Assembly (NCBI RefSeq): GCF_006345805.1
Contig: NW_021837042.1
Location: forward strand, 2,411 to 66,410
DNA: 64,000 bases
Reading direction: 5' to 3'
Source: Octopus sinensis
Lineage: Eukaryota
Shown here: positions 49,730 to 63,888 of the stretch, piece by piece
How the letters are laid out: the number at the start of each line of letters is the position of its first letter
How positions within the stretch are numbered: position 1 is the stretch's first letter
Position numbers and translations under genes: made by a program
Notes under the pieces: generated by a model
What the model was told of the DNA's origin: nothing
The model's input: only the letters and a program-made list of their open reading frames with translations
Databases searched by the model: none

Positions 49730-49836
49730 ACACACACACACACACCACACACACACAGACACACACAGACACACACACATATATATGTCCGCGCGCTGTT
49801 GTATTTTCTCTTTGTGTTTTCATGTTTGGATATAAC

Positions 49837-49867
<31 letters not shown>

Positions 49868-50169
49868 GTGTATGTGTGTATGTATCTATATATGTATGTA
49901 TGTATATTAAAGACTTACATGTGTATGTATGTGTGTGTGTATGTATATATTTGCATATATGTATATATATAATATAGATATATATACATATATATATATT
50001 TAGAGAGAGAGAGAGAGAGGGAGAGAGAGAGACATGCAAATGCACACATCATACGCATGCGCGCGTGCACAAACACACACACTCTCTTTTTCTTTCCCTC
50101 TCTCTCTCTACTTTTTCTTCTTTAATGTTTATAGCTTGTGGTCCGAGGCCCATTTTGGGGTTGTGTATT

Positions 50170-50702
50170 ACGTATGAGTGCGTACGTGCGTGCGTGCGTG
50201 TGTCCGTGTGTGTGCGTGTATGTGTGTGTGTATGTGTAGGCTAATAGCCCCGCATACGCAACTTCATCTGCGCATACGCTTACATGCATACATATACACG
50301 CATACATTCATACATACACACATACATACACACATACATACGTACATGCAATTATATACATACACAGACATGCACATACATACAAACATGCATACATCAT
50401 ACACCCATACATACACACACACACATACATACATACATTTATACATGCACACACATATACATACATACATGCGTACATACATACATACAAACATACATAC
50501 ATACATACATACATGCATACATGCACATATACATACATGCACACATACATACATACATACATACATACATACATACATACATACACACATACATACATAC
50601 ATACTTACATACATACATACATATATACATGCACACATACACACATACATACATAAATGCATACATACATTTACCCATGCATACATACATACATACACAC
50701 AT

Positions 50703-50738
<36 letters not shown>

Positions 50739-50745
50739 CAAACAT
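50170..50745. repeat. (CATA)n/(CA)n compound microsatellite
   Basis: Directly visible. Confidence 0.95.
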
Positions 50746-51139
50746 ACATCGTTTTACAAGAAACGATGTAGCCGACAGGGAGCCATGGCACGTCTGATCA
50801 AATTGTTGGCATCGTTTGATTACTGAATATTAAAACAAAACTGGTTTCGACTGCTCATCGAGGGAAGCAAGTTGAGACGTACGGAATAAGCATATGGCGG
50901 TGTTGGTGGTCTGCGAATAATGGTTCGGAGGCTATTTGTCAAGACGGAGTACGATTGTGTTCAAAATTTGTTAGTTGTTCGATAGAGTGGAAATATAAAT
51001 ACACAGAGAGTATCGAAAAGGAAAAAACAGAAAAAAAGATCTATAGATACACAAACGTATACAAATATAGATTTCTGGTGTTGTCCACTTACATAAGAAT
51101 ACGAAAGAATATTTATGTGATGTATGCGTGAAGTATGTG

Positions 51140-51195
51140 CGAGTGTGTGTGTGTGTGTGTGTGTTGTGTGTTTGTGTTGTGTGTGTGTGTATGTG

Positions 51196-51230
<35 letters not shown>

Positions 51231-51271
51231 GTGTGTTGTGTGTGTGTGTTGTGTGTGTGTGTGTGTGTTGT

Positions 51272-51314
<43 letters not shown>

Positions 51315-51604
51315 GTGTGTGCGTGTGTTTGTGTGTGTGTGTGTGTGTGTTGTGTGTGTATGTGTGTGTTGTGTGTGTATGTGTGTTGTGTGTGTGTGTG
51401 TTGTGTGTATGTGTGTGTGTTGTATGTGTGTGTTGTGTGTGTGTGTTGTGTGTGTTGTGTGTGTGTGTTGTGTGTGTGTGTGTTGTTGTGTGTGTGTTGT
51501 GTTGTGTGTGTGTGTGTGTTGTGTGTGTGTGTGTGTGTGTTGTGTGTGTATGTGTGTTGTGTGTGTGTGTGTTGTGTGTATGTGTGTGTGTTGTATGTGT
51601 GTGT

Positions 51605-51650
<46 letters not shown>

Positions 51651-51682
51651 GTGTGTGTGTGTGTGTGTTGTGTGTGTGTGTG
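51140..51682. repeat. (TG)n compound microsatellite
   Basis: Directly visible. Confidence 0.97.
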
Positions 51683-51731
51683 AATGGGAAATGTTTGTAG
51701 GTTCGTATGTAAGCTGCATATATTTATAAAT

Positions 51732-52039
51732 GTGGAGGCGCAATGGCCCATTGGTTAGGGCAGCGGACTCGTGGTCGTAGGATCGCGGTTTCGATTCCCA
51801 GACCGAACGTTGTGTTTATTGAGCGAAAAACACCTAAAGCACTACGAGGCCCCGGAAGGGGGTGGTGGTGATCCCTGCTGTACTCCTTCTCCACAACTTT
51901 CTCTCACTCTTTCTTCTGTTGGCCTGCTCGCTTAGCCAGCGGGGTGGCGTCATTTGAAGGCTAAAACAATGCGAAGCGCATTGTGACCAGCGATGTGTAG
52001 CAACATCTGCTAGCCTGGTCGGTCACAGTGATCACGGTG
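51732..52039 (+). mobile_element. tRNA-derived SINE family C, full length with TSD
   Basis: ggcgcaatggcccattggttagggc A box, ggtttcgattccc B box; atatttataaat at 51720-51731 and 52040-52051. Confidence 0.9.
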
Positions 52040-52089
52040 ATATTTATAAATACATGGTCTTATCTGCCATTAATTACTTGTGCATATAA

Positions 52090-52280
52090 GGCGGCCAGCT
52101 GTCAGAATCGTTAACACATCGAACAGAACGATTAGCAGTATTTCGTCTTTACGTTCTGAGTTCAAGTTCCGCCGAGTTCGACTGTACTTTTCGTACTTTC
52201 GGGGCGATAAAATAAGTACCAGTTGAGCACTGGGGTCGATGTAATCGATGCCCCCATCTCCAAAATCGCTGGGTAATATG
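52090..52280 (+). mobile_element. Degenerate SINE family A
   Basis: gtcagaatcgttaac..ctgagttcaagttccgccgag..ggggtcgatgtaatcga. Confidence 0.75.
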
Positions 52281-52922
52281 AATGTTGTTGTTATATTGCA
52301 CTCTTCATTTTGGTTTTCTTTAAGCGGAATATTTTGTTGTTTTCGATCTAAAAGAGTAAATCTCAAACTCGCAACTCGAAGTTTTAGACGTTTAGCATTT
52401 TGGAAAATGCAAACCGTTTCATTTCTTCTAACCGGAATAATCAGTGCTCAGAAATATTACGTGGTATGAGGAAGTTATCGTCTCTGTGTAAACTCAACAG
52501 AGACTCTTGCGCAGTAAGTGCAAGATATATATCTGTATTATTTCACATATATCAGCCCGGAACAAACGATTCCATTAAAATTTCCCCGAGATTCTGTCCG
52601 TTATTTTATGAGCCAGTAAACACCTTTGAAAATGAAATAGCTTTTCGCGCTTGCATGATTTCGTTGATGTCATTATCCACTGCTTCACATAATTGCCTTT
52701 CGAAATACTTAGAAGACTCGATGAAGAGGTTTACATAGATATCGATACATACAATTCAAAACCAAGTAAATATGCTGTCAGAATTAATGCGAAAGCTGTT
52801 AAAATATTTAATGATGGAAGCACAGTCATGGCGTAATGCAATGCTGGTTGCGTAATTGATATTAAAAAATAATTAACTCTAAAATGTTGTTACAAATTTT
52901 AATTAGTTTACGTTTAACCATA

Positions 52923-53312
52923 TCTCTTTACTCTCTCTTTTACTCTTTCACTTGTTTCAGTCATTTGACTGCTACCAAGCTGGAGCACCGCCTTTAGTCG
53001 AGCAAATCGACCCCAGGACTTATTCTTTGGAAGCCTAGTACTTTTACAGGGACGAAAACACACGAGCATCGGTTGTCAAGTGATATTGGGGGGACAAACA
53101 CAGACACACAAACATATACACATACACATATATATACATATATATACGACGGGCTTCTTTCAGTTTCCGTCTACCAAATCTACTCACAAGGCTTTGGTCG
53201 GGCCGAGGCTATAGTAGAAGACACCTGCCCAAGGTGCCACGCAGTGGGACTGAACCCAGAACTATGTGGTTGGTAAGCAAGCTACTTACCACACAGCCAC
53301 TCCTGCGCCTAT
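52923..53312 (-). mobile_element. SINE family B
   Basis: Ends cagccactcctgcgcctat. Confidence 0.9.
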
Positions 53313-53364
53313 CTATAAATCGGTATATCGTGTTCGCCAAGAAATTACAATTAAATCTTATCTT

Positions 53365-53650
53365 AGTGGTTAGAGTATTTTGTTCACGATCGTAAGGTCA
53401 TAAGTTCGATTCCCGACAGCATGTCGTGTCCTTAAACAAGACTCTTTATTTCACGTTTCTTCAGTCCACTCAGTTGGCAAAAATGAAATTTACTTGTCAC
53501 TTTGTGTGTCTCGCTGAATCTCCCTGAGAACTACGCCAAGGGTACACGTGCCTGTGGAGTACTCAGCCACTTATACGTTAATTTCAGGAGCAAGCTGTTC
53601 CACTGAATGGATCAACTAGAACACTCGTCGTCGTAACCGACGGACTACCA
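53365..53650 (+). mobile_element. SINE family D
   Basis: Homologous to 7110-7431. Confidence 0.8.
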
Positions 53651-53689
53651 GTTACGTTTTAGTTACTATTCGTATTTAAGCTGATAATG

Positions 53690-54075
53690 TCGTATATCAC
53701 AAGCTTTCTTCCCAATTACATGGTTACGGATTCACTCCTATTGCGTGGCACCTTGGGCAAGTATCTTCTTTTATAGCCTCGGGCCCACCAAAGCCTTGTG
53801 AGTGGATTTCGTATATAGAAACTGAAAGAAGCTCGTCGTATGTATGTATGTGTGTGTGAGGACATGAGCGTGTGTGTGTGTGTTTGTGTGTGTGTATCTA
53901 TGTTTGTCCTCCATCACCGCTTGACAGCCGGCGTTGGTATGTTTATTCCTCCTAAACCTAGCAGTTCGGCAAAAGAGACTGATAGAATAAGTACCAGGAT
54001 GAAGAAAAAAAGCACTGGGGTCGATTCATTCGACTAAAAATTCTTCATTGTTATATCCCAGCATGGCCGCAGTCT
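53690..54075 (+). mobile_element. SINE family B, diverged
   Basis: gcgtggcaccttgggcaag..cagcatggccgcagtc. Confidence 0.8.
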
Positions 54076-54092
54076 TTATATCTTTATATGGC

Positions 54093-54159
<67 letters not shown>

Positions 54160-54180
54160 CTACATACATACATACATACA

Positions 54181-54214
<34 letters not shown>

Positions 54215-54290
54215 CATACTTACAGACAGACATAGAGATATAGATTGACTGCTAGATATATGTATATATCCACACATACATATTTGTATA

Positions 54291-54378
<88 letters not shown>

Positions 54379-54385
54379 TATATAT

Positions 54386-54427
<42 letters not shown>

Positions 54428-54466
54428 GTATATATGTATGCATGTATATACATACATGCGTGTGTG

Positions 54467-54522
<56 letters not shown>

Positions 54523-55004
54523 ATACACACATACCATATATTTAATCGGCATGTGTGGGAGTGAATGTGTGCGTATGTGTAACGTATGTAAATGTGTGTG
54601 TGTACGCAATGCCTCAAGTGCTGCAGATCGGAATTACATCACAAGGGCGGAGCATATCCTTCGACGAAAAGATAAAGCTAAGAAGAGCGGAAAGTAATAA
54701 AAGGAAATCACTCACATATTACGCCATTTAAGCTGCAAGAAACTGAAGAGCATGTCTAAGATATAAGTACTTTACATAAACGATAAGGTTGAGCATACAC
54801 CGTATCAGATTTATATATCCATACACACCCATACTCTCTCACACACACAGACACATACACACACACACACTTATACTGATATACCTTCTCTCACATATAT
54901 ATATTTACATGAGACTTATGTCTATATGTATTTATATATACATACACATTTATATAGAGAAGAGGAGATTTGTATATACATATATATTAGCTCATAAAAT
55001 ATAC

Positions 55005-55275
55005 GGTTAGAGTATTTGTTTCACATAAGGTCATAAGTTCGAGTCTCGGCGGCATGTCGTGTCCTTGAGCAAGACACTTTATTTCATGTTTCTTCAGTCC
55101 ACTCAGCTGGCAAAAATGAATTTTTACTTGTCACATGATGTGTCTCGCTGAATCTCCCTGAGAACTACGCTAATGGTACACGTGCTTGTGGAGTACTCAG
55201 CCACTTGCACGTTAATTTCAGGAGCCATCAGTTCCACTGAGTGGATCAACTAGAACACTCGTCGCCGTAACGAGA
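55005..55275 (+). mobile_element. SINE family D
   Basis: Homologous to 53365-53650. Confidence 0.8.
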
Positions 55276-55489
55276 CTCATACATATATGTATTTAAATGT
55301 AGATGTAGATAAGTGTATATGTATATGCATAAATGTTAATTACTGTCACGTGTATACGACAGGCGTGTATATGATGATTTCCTTTAAATAGTTAGGAAAT
55401 ACGTTTGATAATGAGTATACAACGTTTTGGAGGGAGGATGGTCATATTGAAAGACTATTGGAATCCTCTCTTCGTGAACTCCCCATATA

Positions 55490-56054
55490 TTGGGTTGTCC
55501 GGAAAGTTCGTGCCGATTTATAGTAGCTTACCTTTCGACTTATTTAGAACATGGTTGAGTCCATAAAACAGGATTTGACTACACCTCCATTTAGAGTACA
55601 GTTTAAGCTGTCTTTTCGTGGAAGAAGGTTTATGTTCCTATAACCTGTGTTAATTCTGTAACCCTTTAAAATAGAAGATAAGAAAGTTCATTTTCGGCAC
55701 TTGATGCTTTGGGAACCAGGCAAAAATTGCTGCAGCTCGGCTGGGATGTGTTACCCCACCCTCCATATTCATCAGATATTGCTCCTTCGGATTTCCACTT
55801 ATTCAGGTCTCTGCAGAATAGTCTTAATGGTAAAAATTTCAATTCCTTGGATGACGTAAAAAGATACCTTGATGAATTCTTTGCCATGAAACCACCTCAA
55901 TTCTGGGAAGTGGGTATTTTCAAATGAAAGAAAAGATGGAGACGCATTGTGCAACAAAATAGTTCATATTTGGTTGACTAAAAATGTAATGGCAAGTATT
56001 TATTGACCTTTTTCTTTCCTTTAAAAATCAGCACGAACTTTCCGGACAACTCAA
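55490..56054 (+). mobile_element. Mariner (DD34D) internal-deletion derivative with both TIRs
   Basis: TA-ttgggttgtccggaaagttcgtgccgattt ... aaatcagcacgaactttccggacaactcaa-TA. Confidence 0.92.
55673..55980 (+). pseudogene. Mariner transposase N- and C-terminal remnants
   Basis: (M>I)EDKKVHFRHLML joined to TRQKLLQLGWDVLPHPPYSSDIAPSDFHLFRSLQN (YSPDLAPSD-type motif). Confidence 0.9.
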
Positions 56055-56379
56055 TATAATAGCATTACTTCAACAACATCACAAAGATCAAGCATTTTTC
56101 CTTTTAAGCTAGAAAATATTTCAGAATATTTCAGTTGCTGAGCATCTACGAAACTAAAGCATGACTCGTATTAAAGTATTATTCAAAAACGAAAAACGTG
56201 GCTACTGTTAAATATCTGCGTTTAACGTTGCGTTTGATATTGCTGTCGTCCATTGGCTTTTGTAAATCCAGAATTTCATGTTGGGTGTTTCCACAAATAA
56301 TATCAATGTAGTTGAGTAACCATTATTCTTTATTAGGTGCAGAACTCATAAAATTATAAATATTGATTTCAAATTTTGG

Positions 56380-56550
56380 CTCAAGGCCAGCAATTTCGGC
56401 CGAGATGATTCCAGTGTTTTAAGTGATACTTTTTTTAATCGACCCGGAAAGGATGAAAGGCAAAGTCGACCTCGGTGGAATTTGAACTCAGAACGTGAAG
56501 ACGGACGAAATGATGCTAAGCATTTTGCCCGGCGCAGTAACAATTCTGCC
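56380..56550 (-). mobile_element. SINE family A variant
   Basis: ggatgaaaggcaaagtcgacctcggtggaatttgaactcagaacg. Confidence 0.8.
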
Positions 56551-57359
56551 AACACCGACATCAACACCAAACCATCATTGCAGACCCAACCGCCAACACT
56601 GTTACCAACACTATGACCGCCATTATCGCGTGTCCCCCTCCACCACCACTACCGCTCCTATCACGGCAGTTACTATCGCCGCCACCACCACCACCACTGC
56701 CACCACTACTGTCACGATCTCCATGACCTCCGCGACAACAACTTCTATCGCCACCACCGTTACCTCTGCTACCACATGACCATCACCACAGCCATCCCGC
56801 GCCGCCGCCGCCGCCGCCGCCAACCTTCTACCTTCACGTTTCTTAAAAAAAAATCATTTTTGTTGACTTTCCACTTGCACCAACAACCTCTCAACAAAAA
56901 CTTCTTTTTCAATAACAATAAATAATACAACCAACCAAAACAACCGAACCGTTCCACTCGCCACTGTCGTCCTTCTTGTCTCCGTACAAAGGTCATTGAT
57001 TCTGTACTGAGTTCTCCAAGATCTCTATTTACAGTAATGTTGTCAAAATAACGAATTAAATCAGACATTCTTCAAAACAGTTTCGACAGATCTCGTAACA
57101 CGTAAGGCATTTCAAAGTTCTGATATCAATACAGCAGTCAAGGTTTCTCTTATTTGTTACCAAACTCCAAAGTATCACGGTGACCGTGTGAATATATATA
57201 TAACACAGCACGGATGGTTGATGGTTTACATTGAACAGGATACTGAACTCTCGAATACTTGATGTGTCGCTTTTCACCACGTCGAAATCATTTATATGAA
57301 ATGGCCGTTAGATGATCTGAGTAAAAGGAAGGAAAGGAATAAATGCCAGATAAATATTG

Positions 57360-58170
57360 GTTTCACATTTTGGTAATTTGGGAGGAGGGAGAAGGGGAGT
57401 CGATTATATTGACCTCAGTGTTCAGCCGGTAATTTTTTTTTTAATTGACCGAAAGGACAAAAGACAAAGTCAACCTCGGCGGAATTTGAACTTAGAACGT
57501 AAGGACGGACGAAATGCCGCTAAGGATCTTGCTCGGCTTGTTAACGGTTCTACTAGTTTGTCGCCTTGGTGCTCGATGAATATTGGTTTTACAGTTTGGA
57601 ACAAGGCCCAAGGCGGCGAGCTGGCAGAAGGGTTAGCACCCCGGGCGAAATGCTTAGCGGCATTTCGTCTGCTACGTTCTGAGTTCAAATTCCGCCGAGG
57701 TCGACTTTGCCTTTCATCCTTTCGGGATCGATTAAATAAGTACCAGTTACGCACTGGGGTCGATCTGATCGACTTAATCCGTTTGTCTGTCCTTGTTTGT
57801 CCCCTGTGTGTTTAGCCCCTTGTGGGTAGTAAAGAATTAGGTATTTCGTCTGTCTTTACGTTCTGAGTTCACATTCCGCCGAGTTCAACTTTGTCTTTCA
57901 TCCTTTCCGGGTCAAAAAATTACGTAACCGTTGCATACTGGGGTCGATCTAATCGACTGGCCCCCACTCCCTAGAGGAGAAAAGTTTGGAACATGTGAAC
58001 AAGTTCGGAGGAGTGCGCAGTTGATTACATCGGATACCGGTGCATAACGGTACTTATTTTATTGACCCCTGAAGGATGAAAGGCACAGTTAACCTCGGCA
58101 GATATTTAAACTCAGAACGTTAAGACGGACGAAATGCTGCTAAGCATTCTTGCCCGGTGTGCCAACGATT
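57360..58170. mobile_element. Cluster of SINE family A copies (minus 57360-57570, plus tandem 57610-57970, minus 58000-58170)
   Basis: Repeated A bodies in both orientations. Confidence 0.85.
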
Positions 58171-58370
58171 TTACTATCTCGAAAATACTAGCGAATGCAC
58201 GCGGTCTGGTTGTTGGGGTGTAGCACTGACGCTTACAAGATCGTGGTCTCGATTCCCGGGCCGGATGCTGTGTTGTGGGATTTGATAAAAACACTTCATT
58301 TCATTTCCAATCCACTCAACTGTAAATATATAACCCTGCAATCAGTGCCGGTGTAATATGAGATCTACTC

Positions 58371-58500
58371 GCCATTGTGATCTACATGCAGTTCTGATCT
58401 AATGCCGTTGTGATCTAATGCCGTGGTGATGTAATGCCGTTGTGTTCTACATGCAATTGTGATCTAAGGCAACTTAAATCTAGACTAGCTTGTGATCTCC
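58371..58500. repeat. 16-17 bp minisatellite (gccgttgtgatctaat), about 8 units
   Basis: Directly visible. Confidence 0.85.
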
Positions 58501-58867
58501 ATTCAAAATTTTGTTATAAATTTGCAATTGTAATTAGAGGAGTGAGTTAAACATTTAAAAAAAAAGAAAAAGAAAATTTTTTATTGATTTTTATTTCATA
58601 CTAGAAACAATGTTCATCAAGGAATTAATAGCGCCGGAGAAATTCTGTTGCAGCTTCTTCATCTCGAATAACCTGTGTGTAAAATTCTTTTGCTCTCATC
58701 ACGACTTCTTTTAATGGGCCCAGGACTAAAAGTGTTTAAATCATAAAAGTGTTTTTTGGTTTACATACCGAACCAAGCGGAAGTCGAGTAAATAGATGAA
58801 TTTTAAATGTAGATCAAAAAGTCGGGTTAGATCACAAGCTATACCGGAAACCTGTATGTAGATATGA

Positions 58868-59100
58868 AAGGCGGCGAGCTGGCAGAAACGTTAGCACGCA
58901 GGGCGAAATGCTGAGCGGTATTTCGTCTGCCGTTATGTTCTGAGTTCAAATTCCGCCGAGGTCGACTTTGCCTTTCATCCTTTCGGGGTCGTTAAGTTTA
59001 GTACCAGTTACGCACTGGGGTCGATGTAATCAGCTTAATCCGTTTGTCTGTCCTTGCTTGTTCCCTCTATGCTTAGCCCCTTGTGGGTAGTAAAGAAATA
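58868..59100 (+). mobile_element. SINE family A, full length with TSD
   Basis: gaaacctgtatgtagat (58847-58863) and gaaacatgtatgtagat (59102-59118). Confidence 0.92.
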
Positions 59101-59639
59101 AGAAACATGTATGTAGATCCCATACTACACCGGCACCCTGCGATATTTGTGTGATTCTGAATGGCTGACTTGTGTCTTCCACGCTACAGTCGTTTTAGTT
59201 TCAGTACACAATCTCAGATCAAATCACTCGCTCTGCAAGTATATCTCCGTAACGTCACAACGTCAAATAAAATACATAGAAAAAGGTAAACTGCTCACCA
59301 TCCATGGGTGAACTCAATGCAAAAGTAGCTGTCACTCAAATATATATCCCTAGTTTCATGAGATAAAAAGAACGCATTACAACAGAAATATATTTGCTAT
59401 CGGTTTGACGAAAATTTAGTTTTCTTACCTATTAAATTAACGAGAAGTGTGAGTTGATTGCCTTGCCAGAAATGGTTGTCATATTTCTCTCATATCACAT
59501 CTTACCGACTTAAAATGAGAACATACAGAGTGTTTGTGCTAAATTCGACAATTTGCACAGAAGGAAAAGGAAACACAATGTCCCAACCAGAAATAAAAGT
59601 ATTTTAGAAAATCAAAAAATATCAACCAGATTATGGTTG

Positions 59640-60075
59640 GGAGATAACAGTTTATTGAAAGTAGCCGCTCTTAGCTTTCACCACGGCCTGAAAGCGGTTC
59701 CGACACCTGGCACATGTGCCCCTCACTGTGTCCCTGGGAAGATCTCTGAAAAACTTGATCTTGGACACCAGATTAGCCTTCTTGCTGACAGAGCAAGTGA
59801 TGTCTTTCTCAAATCCCCCCACACATAGTAATCTATGGAATTATAATCGGAGCAATTAAGAAGCCAGAAATTGTAGCTGGTGAAGTCATAGAAAGTTTTC
59901 GACAACCATCTCTGACATTTTCTGGAGTTGTGGCTGGGAATCGAATCCTGCTCCTACACATATGGCCTTCCAACAGCAACATTCTCCAGCCAGGGTTTGA
60001 CCATATTGCCTAGCAATTTCACTTAGCCATCTGAAATGAGCGTAAGGCCCTGTTCGTCAGCTATTGAATGAATTC
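59640..60075 (-). pseudogene. maT (DD37D) transposase remnant
   Basis: VKPWLENVAVGRPYV*EQDS...(37 aa)...DYYVWG by hand translation. Confidence 0.85.
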
Positions 60076-60213
60076 CGGCAGGTGGATGCAGTCAGAAACA
60101 CCTGCTGGCCACGGTTTCGTAGTCTTCATTGCAGCCGACCATGTCACGTCTTATAGTTTTACAGTGTTCACAGTCCATTGAGCAGTAGTCATGATGGCAG
60201 TATTTGATACCCG

Positions 60214-60450
60214 CGAAGGCGGCGAGCTGGCAGAAACGTCAGCACGCCGGGCGAAATGCTTAGCAGTATTTCGTCTGACGCTACGTTCTGAGTTCAAATT
60301 CCGCCGAGGTCGACTTTGCCTTTCCTCCTTTCAGGGTCGATTAAATAAGTACCAGTTACTCACTGGGGTCGATCTGATCGACTTCATCCGTTTGTCTGTC
60401 CTTGTTTGTCCTCTCTGTGTTTAGCCCCTTGTAGGTAGTAAAGAAATAGA
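60214..60450 (+). mobile_element. SINE family A with 13-bp TSD
   Basis: tatttgatacccg at 60201-60213 and 60451-60463. Confidence 0.92.
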
Positions 60451-60703
60451 TATTTGATACCCGGCGCGAATCCTCCAGATACAGGCAACACTTTTCCAAT
60501 ATTCAGATGGTTTCCGGTCTTCCATATCAGTTAAATTTTTCTTCTCAACTATAACTTTATGCTCTTCAACGCCGTTGACTGTTCACCAACGAATCAAGCT
60601 GCTTATCTGAAAAAAAAAGAGGAAGCATAAAAATCCTCAGATTTAACCTGTAATTGATAATGTAGACCCAGATGTATTATGCAACGAACATATAACTATA
60701 TAA

Positions 60704-61118
60704 ATAGGAGTGGCTTTGTGGTAAGTAGCTTGCTTAGCAACCACATGGTTCTGGGTTCAGTCCCACTACGTGGAACCTTGGGCAAGTGTCTTCTACTATA
60801 GCCTCGGGCCCACCGAAGCCTTGTGAGTGGATTTGGTAGACGGAAACTGAAAGAATCCCGTCGTATATATGTATATGTACATATATGTGTGTTTGTGCAT
60901 ATGTCTGTGTGTCTGTGTTTGTCTCACCAACATCGCTTGACAACCGATGCTGGTGTGTTTACGTCCCCGTAACTTAGCGGTTCGGCTAAAAGAGACCGAT
61001 AGAATAAGTACTAGGCTTACAAAAAAATAAGTCATGGGGTCGATTTGCTCGACTAAAGGCGGCGCTCCAGCATGGCCGCAGTCAAATGACTGAAACAAGT
61101 AAAAGAGTAAGAGAGTAA
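60704..61118 (+). mobile_element. SINE family B, full length
   Basis: ataggagtggctttgtggtaagtagc..aagtaaaagagtaa. Confidence 0.92.
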
Positions 61119-61434
61119 AATAAAATAAACGAAACATTTATTGTAGGTCTCTACACTTTTCAGATTTGGCCAACAGCAACATGGAAAATGTTTGTCGAGA
61201 AGAACAGAAGACAATGGGAATTATATAAAAGCTGCTAACAGAGCGTGAATTTCATGAGATGAAATCTAAGTCAGCAGCCGAATGTCTATCTACAATGTAA
61301 GATGCTTCTACTAACCCGAATCCTTGAGCAATGTTCCACAATTACAGCGCTGTTGACTCTAGAAGAAAATGCATTGTTACGAGATACATTGCAATAAACG
61401 TGAAATAGAATCTGCCAATAAAATAGACGAAGAT

Positions 61435-61620
61435 GGCGAGCTGGGAAAAAATTCTTAGTATGTCGGACAAAATGCTTAATGGCATTTCTTCAAGAGCCTT
61501 GCGTTCCGAGTTCAAATCCCATCGAAGTCGTCTTTCCCTTTCGTCCTTTTCGGAGTAGATGAAATATAACGTGCCAGTGAAGTGCTGAGATCGAAATAAT
61601 CGATTTGACCCCCCTCCCTT
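61435..61620 (+). mobile_element. Degenerate SINE family A
   Basis: gatggcgagctggga..ccgagttcaaatccc. Confidence 0.6.
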
Positions 61621-61782
61621 CAAAACTGTGCACCTGCAGCGGACGGGCGTCTCGTTAAGGTGGAGGGGAGGGGGTGATCCCGTTAAGGTGAGAGATTGTG
61701 ATTCCGTTCACTTATACGGCATGAAAACGGGGGTAACCGGTATCACGAGTCCTAAGAGTCGAGACCGTAATGTCCATGGGTT

Positions 61783-61812
61783 GATGATGACGACGACGAC
61801 GACGACGACGAC

Positions 61813-61849
<37 letters not shown>

Positions 61850-62058
61850 ATGATGATGATGATGAAGAAGAGGATGATGGAGATGATGATGATGAGGAGG
61901 AGGATGAGGATGAGGATGATGGAGATGATGATGATGATGAAGATGATGATGATGATGAGGATGAGGATGAGGATGAGGATGAGGATGAGGATGATGATGA
62001 TGATGATGATGAAGAGGATGAGGATGATGGAGATGATGATGATGATGATGATGATGAT
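61783..62058. repeat. (GAT/GAG)n trinucleotide repeat
   Basis: Source of the poly-Met ORF. Confidence 0.95.
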
Positions 62059-62414
62059 AAAAGTATAGGTTTACGCAGCGGAATCCAAAAGTGCTGCCCC
62101 TATAAAAGAGACGGCTGGACCGTTCCTGTGACCATCCCCGCCCCCGCTACACTACTGGGTTGACCTGAAGCTAAATAACAGCCAACAGTCATATTGGTGA
62201 TTGTGATCCTAGATATTCTATGCGGGGGGGGGGGGAAGAAGCAAAAACAGAAATTCAAGTGGATTGGTCACTTTTGGAATACTTTTATTTATCATAGACC
62301 TGTTCGATCAGAAGCGATCTGAAGTTTAACAACAACAGCAACATAAGCTATTTGAGTTATTGTTTAATCTGGCTGTCCACCAACATTCTACACTGGATCA
62401 ATGTTAGAAATCAT

Positions 62415-62806
62415 TATCCTCATCGTCATCATCATCATCACCATCCATGACCACCACCACCACCACCACCACTACACTACCACCAACAATACCATCACCG
62501 TTGTTGCGTCGTCGTTGTCGTCATCATCATCATCATCATCAATCATCACCACAAACACCATCCTCAAAACCACCACCACCATGGTCATCGTCGTTATTAT
62601 CATTATCCTCCCCCTCCTCCTCCTCATCATCACCACCACCGCCGACGCCGCCGACGCCGCCGACGCCGTCATCATAATCATCATCATCACCATCACCATC
62701 ATCAATCATCATCATCATCATCATCATCATCATTTTCATCATCTTCATCATCATCATCCTCATCATCATCATCATCATTGCTATCATCATCATCATCATC
62801 ATTGCT

Positions 62807-62850
<44 letters not shown>

Positions 62851-62880
62851 TATCATTATCATCATCATCAATGTTGTTGC
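62415..62880. repeat. (CAT/CAC)n trinucleotide repeat
   Basis: Source of the poly-His ORF. Confidence 0.95.
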
Positions 62881-62985
62881 TGTTGACCGTTATGGTGATC
62901 GTGATGATCGATATAATGGTTATGATGATCAGGGTTTCTTTGCCAAGTCTGATATGAAGAGGGACAGGATACGCGCGTGTGTTTG

Positions 62986-63044
<59 letters not shown>

Positions 63045-63382
63045 ACTGTGTGTTCATGAAGATAAATGTGTTACTGGTAAGTTAGTTCATGTCGATCAGA
63101 AGGATAAATATTAGGTTAAGTTGCTACTGATATTTTAGCCCCAGGTCAATTCTTGTCCAGTAACCAGCCCTGTGGCTGATAATTCGACCAAATGATGGGA
63201 CGAGGCTCACACAACGATCAAAGCCAGTTAACGCACTTCATGGTATACTTGGCGCTCTTTCCAAGAGAAATTGTTACAACAGCTCACCCCAAGCCCTATA
63301 TATGAAGCGGGGTTTCCTTTATCCCTTCAGTGTTCTTATTACTCTGTCAAATCCAATGCTTATTTATTCACATAATTTTGAA

Positions 63383-63546
63383 TTACATTATTTACGTTAT
63401 TTACATTTGACGGATATTTGTCTTCATCTTGTTGTTAACACAACGTTTCAGCTGATATACCCTCCAGCCTTCATTGGGTGTCTTGGGGAAACTTCGAACC
63501 TGGGTTCTCATTCCTAAGGTATATTTCGATGTTGTTGTTGTAGTTA

Positions 63547-63612
<66 letters not shown>

Positions 63613-63773
63613 TATTATTATTATTATTATTGTTATTATTGTTCAGGTCACTGCTTGGAATCGAACTCGGAATCTTGGTGTTAGTAGCCCGCGCTTTTAC
63701 CCACTATGCCACGGCATATGGCATAGTGGTTAAGAGCGCGGGCTACTAACCCCAAGATACCGAATTCGATTCC
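63383..63773. mobile_element. Family F: minus arm plus head-to-head second tRNA-like head
   Basis: Minus arm 63383-63712 with degenerate hammerhead at 63437-63482 (CCAAUGA core); plus head 63713-63773 with A box tggcatagtgg (63719-63729). Confidence 0.85.
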
Positions 63774-63853
63774 ATTATTAGGAAAGGTAGTAGCAACATA
63801 ACAACAACAACAACAACAACACAACAACAACAACAACAACAACAACAATAATA

Positions 63854-63888
<35 letters not shown>

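Noticed and set aside
50835-50870. Minus-strand UCGAUGAGCAGUCGAAAC
   Set aside because: Stem II too short and stem I absent
52400-52738. 112-aa ORF and a protein-like minus frame
   Set aside because: No recognisable domain or splice signals
58371-58500. CRISPR-like or regularly spaced repeats (also 18561-18931)
   Set aside because: No unique spacers; plain tandem repeats in eukaryotic DNA
61628-62886. Poly-Met and poly-His ORFs
   Set aside because: (GAT)n/(CAT)n repeats
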